A DNA stretch of 62,025 nt, counting the filler. It is 5 parts of 5 records of this genome, joined end to end, with 100 filler letters (N's around TTAATTAATTAA, not from the genome) between each part and the next. Parts side by side here need not be neighbours in the genome. Positions count along the whole stretch, not along the records: positions 55,253 to 62,025 come from SRR31156797_2198; 4 more parts are not named here. The stretch is one strand, 5' to 3'. Of this stretch, positions 61,457-62,025 are shown piece after piece. Numbering within the stretch: the stretch's first letter is position 1; each line of letters begins with the position of its first letter. Both the position numbers and the translations under genes were made by a program. The notes below the pieces were generated by a model. That model saw nothing but the letters and a program-made list of their open reading frames with translations. It was not told the origin of the DNA and ran no database searches.

Positions 61457-61624
61457 TACTTTTATATAGTACATTTTAAAGTTTAAAGAGTTTTTTTATA
61501 GGAAAAAAAATTAAGGCGGAAGATTCGTTTATTCTTTCGGAGTAATAATTTAAATAAATTTATGTGATACTTACAGAGATGAGAGGAGGAATTTATCTCA
61601 ATTAACGAGATAAATATATTGAAT

Positions 61625-62025
61625 ATGAATATTTGGGATAATATAGAAATAGAAGTTAAAAAACACAGGAGGGCTTTACATCAAATTCCTGAACTTGGTT
61701 TTGAGGAGTTTAAAACTCAGAAGTATTTAAAAAATGCACTTACTGAATATGGTTTTGAGCCAATTGAGATTTGCAAAACAGGTGTATATGTCTTCATAGA
61801 GGGAAACTCAGATGAAACAATAGCATTTAGAACAGATATAGATGCTTTATCAATTAAAGAAGAAAGCAGTGTTGATTTCAAGTCAACGCATGAAGGAAAA
61901 ATGCATGCTTGCGGTCATGACGGACATATGGCAACTTTATTAGGTTTTGCTAAATATCTTTCAACTGTTGAAAATTTAGATAAAAATATTTTATTAATTT
62001 TCCAACCTGCTGAAGAGGGACCTGG
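61625..62025 (+). CDS. M20 family amidohydrolase (N-acyl-diaminopimelate deacylase-like), 3' truncated
   Basis: MNIWDNIEIEVKKHRRALHQIPELGFEE..TG..AFRTDIDAL..MHACGHDGH..IFQPAEEGP. Absent from the ORF track because no stop codon is in the window. Confidence 0.9.
   Translation, partial: MNIWDNIEIEVKKHRRALHQIPELGFEEFKTQKYLKNALTEYGFEPIEICKTGVYVFIEGNSDETIAFRTDIDALSIKEESSVDFKSTHEGKMHACGHDGHMATLLGFAKYLSTVENLDKNILLIFQPAEEGP

Noticed and set aside
61460-61624. Lysine riboswitch upstream of the amidohydrolase
   Set aside because: The context is plausible, but I could not find the conserved core and the region is too AT-rich to call by eye.
1-62025. CRISPR array, tRNA, rRNA, transposase or integrase genes
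   Set aside because: No regularly spaced repeats, cas genes or recombinase motifs were seen. The only tRNA-like arm belongs to the tmRNA.

Overview
The window is not one chromosome segment. It is five unrelated contigs joined by artificial spacers (44 N + TTAATTAATTAA + 44 N). Contig 1 (1-19512, moderate GC, probably Desulfobacterales-like by gene style) is an accessory island: a ClpA-like AAA+ ATPase, an atypical sigma54-activator-like ATPase, an EamA transporter, a DUF4062-NACHT-WD40 NLR-like protein, a triple zinc-ribbon protein, a PfkB-like/AAA/RyR-domain protein, two tandem Hsp90-like ATPases, a membrane protein and the start of a possible SLOG-type gene. Three sigma54-type promoters are visible. 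Contig 2 (19613-31127, Bacteroidota-like) is a glycan-utilisation locus: beta-helix protein, two GH106-like hydrolases, GntR regulator, MFS transporter and a UroD/MtaA-like methyltransferase. Contig 3 (31228-49071, Bacteroidota-like) holds the best candidate for a novel system. It is a tightly coupled 12.3-kb operon of HerA-like ATPase, NurA-like nuclease, DNA methyltransferase and a Liv-type ABC transporter. The transporter genes are split by an unknown membrane protein, a B12-radical SAM enzyme with an RRE-like tail, and a 39-aa peptide ORF missing from the ORF track. Two 130-bp attC-like sites flanking a GFA gene follow the operon. Contig 4 (49172-55152, clostridial-like) has tmRNA, smpB, msrA, a SigB/F-type partner-switching operon and purMN. 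Contig 5 (55253-62025, very AT-rich) has Lrp, a beta-helix lipoprotein, ArsR, two degenerate GAF-GGDEF paralogs and a partial M20 amidohydrolase. All calls come from reading motifs by eye; no database searches were run.
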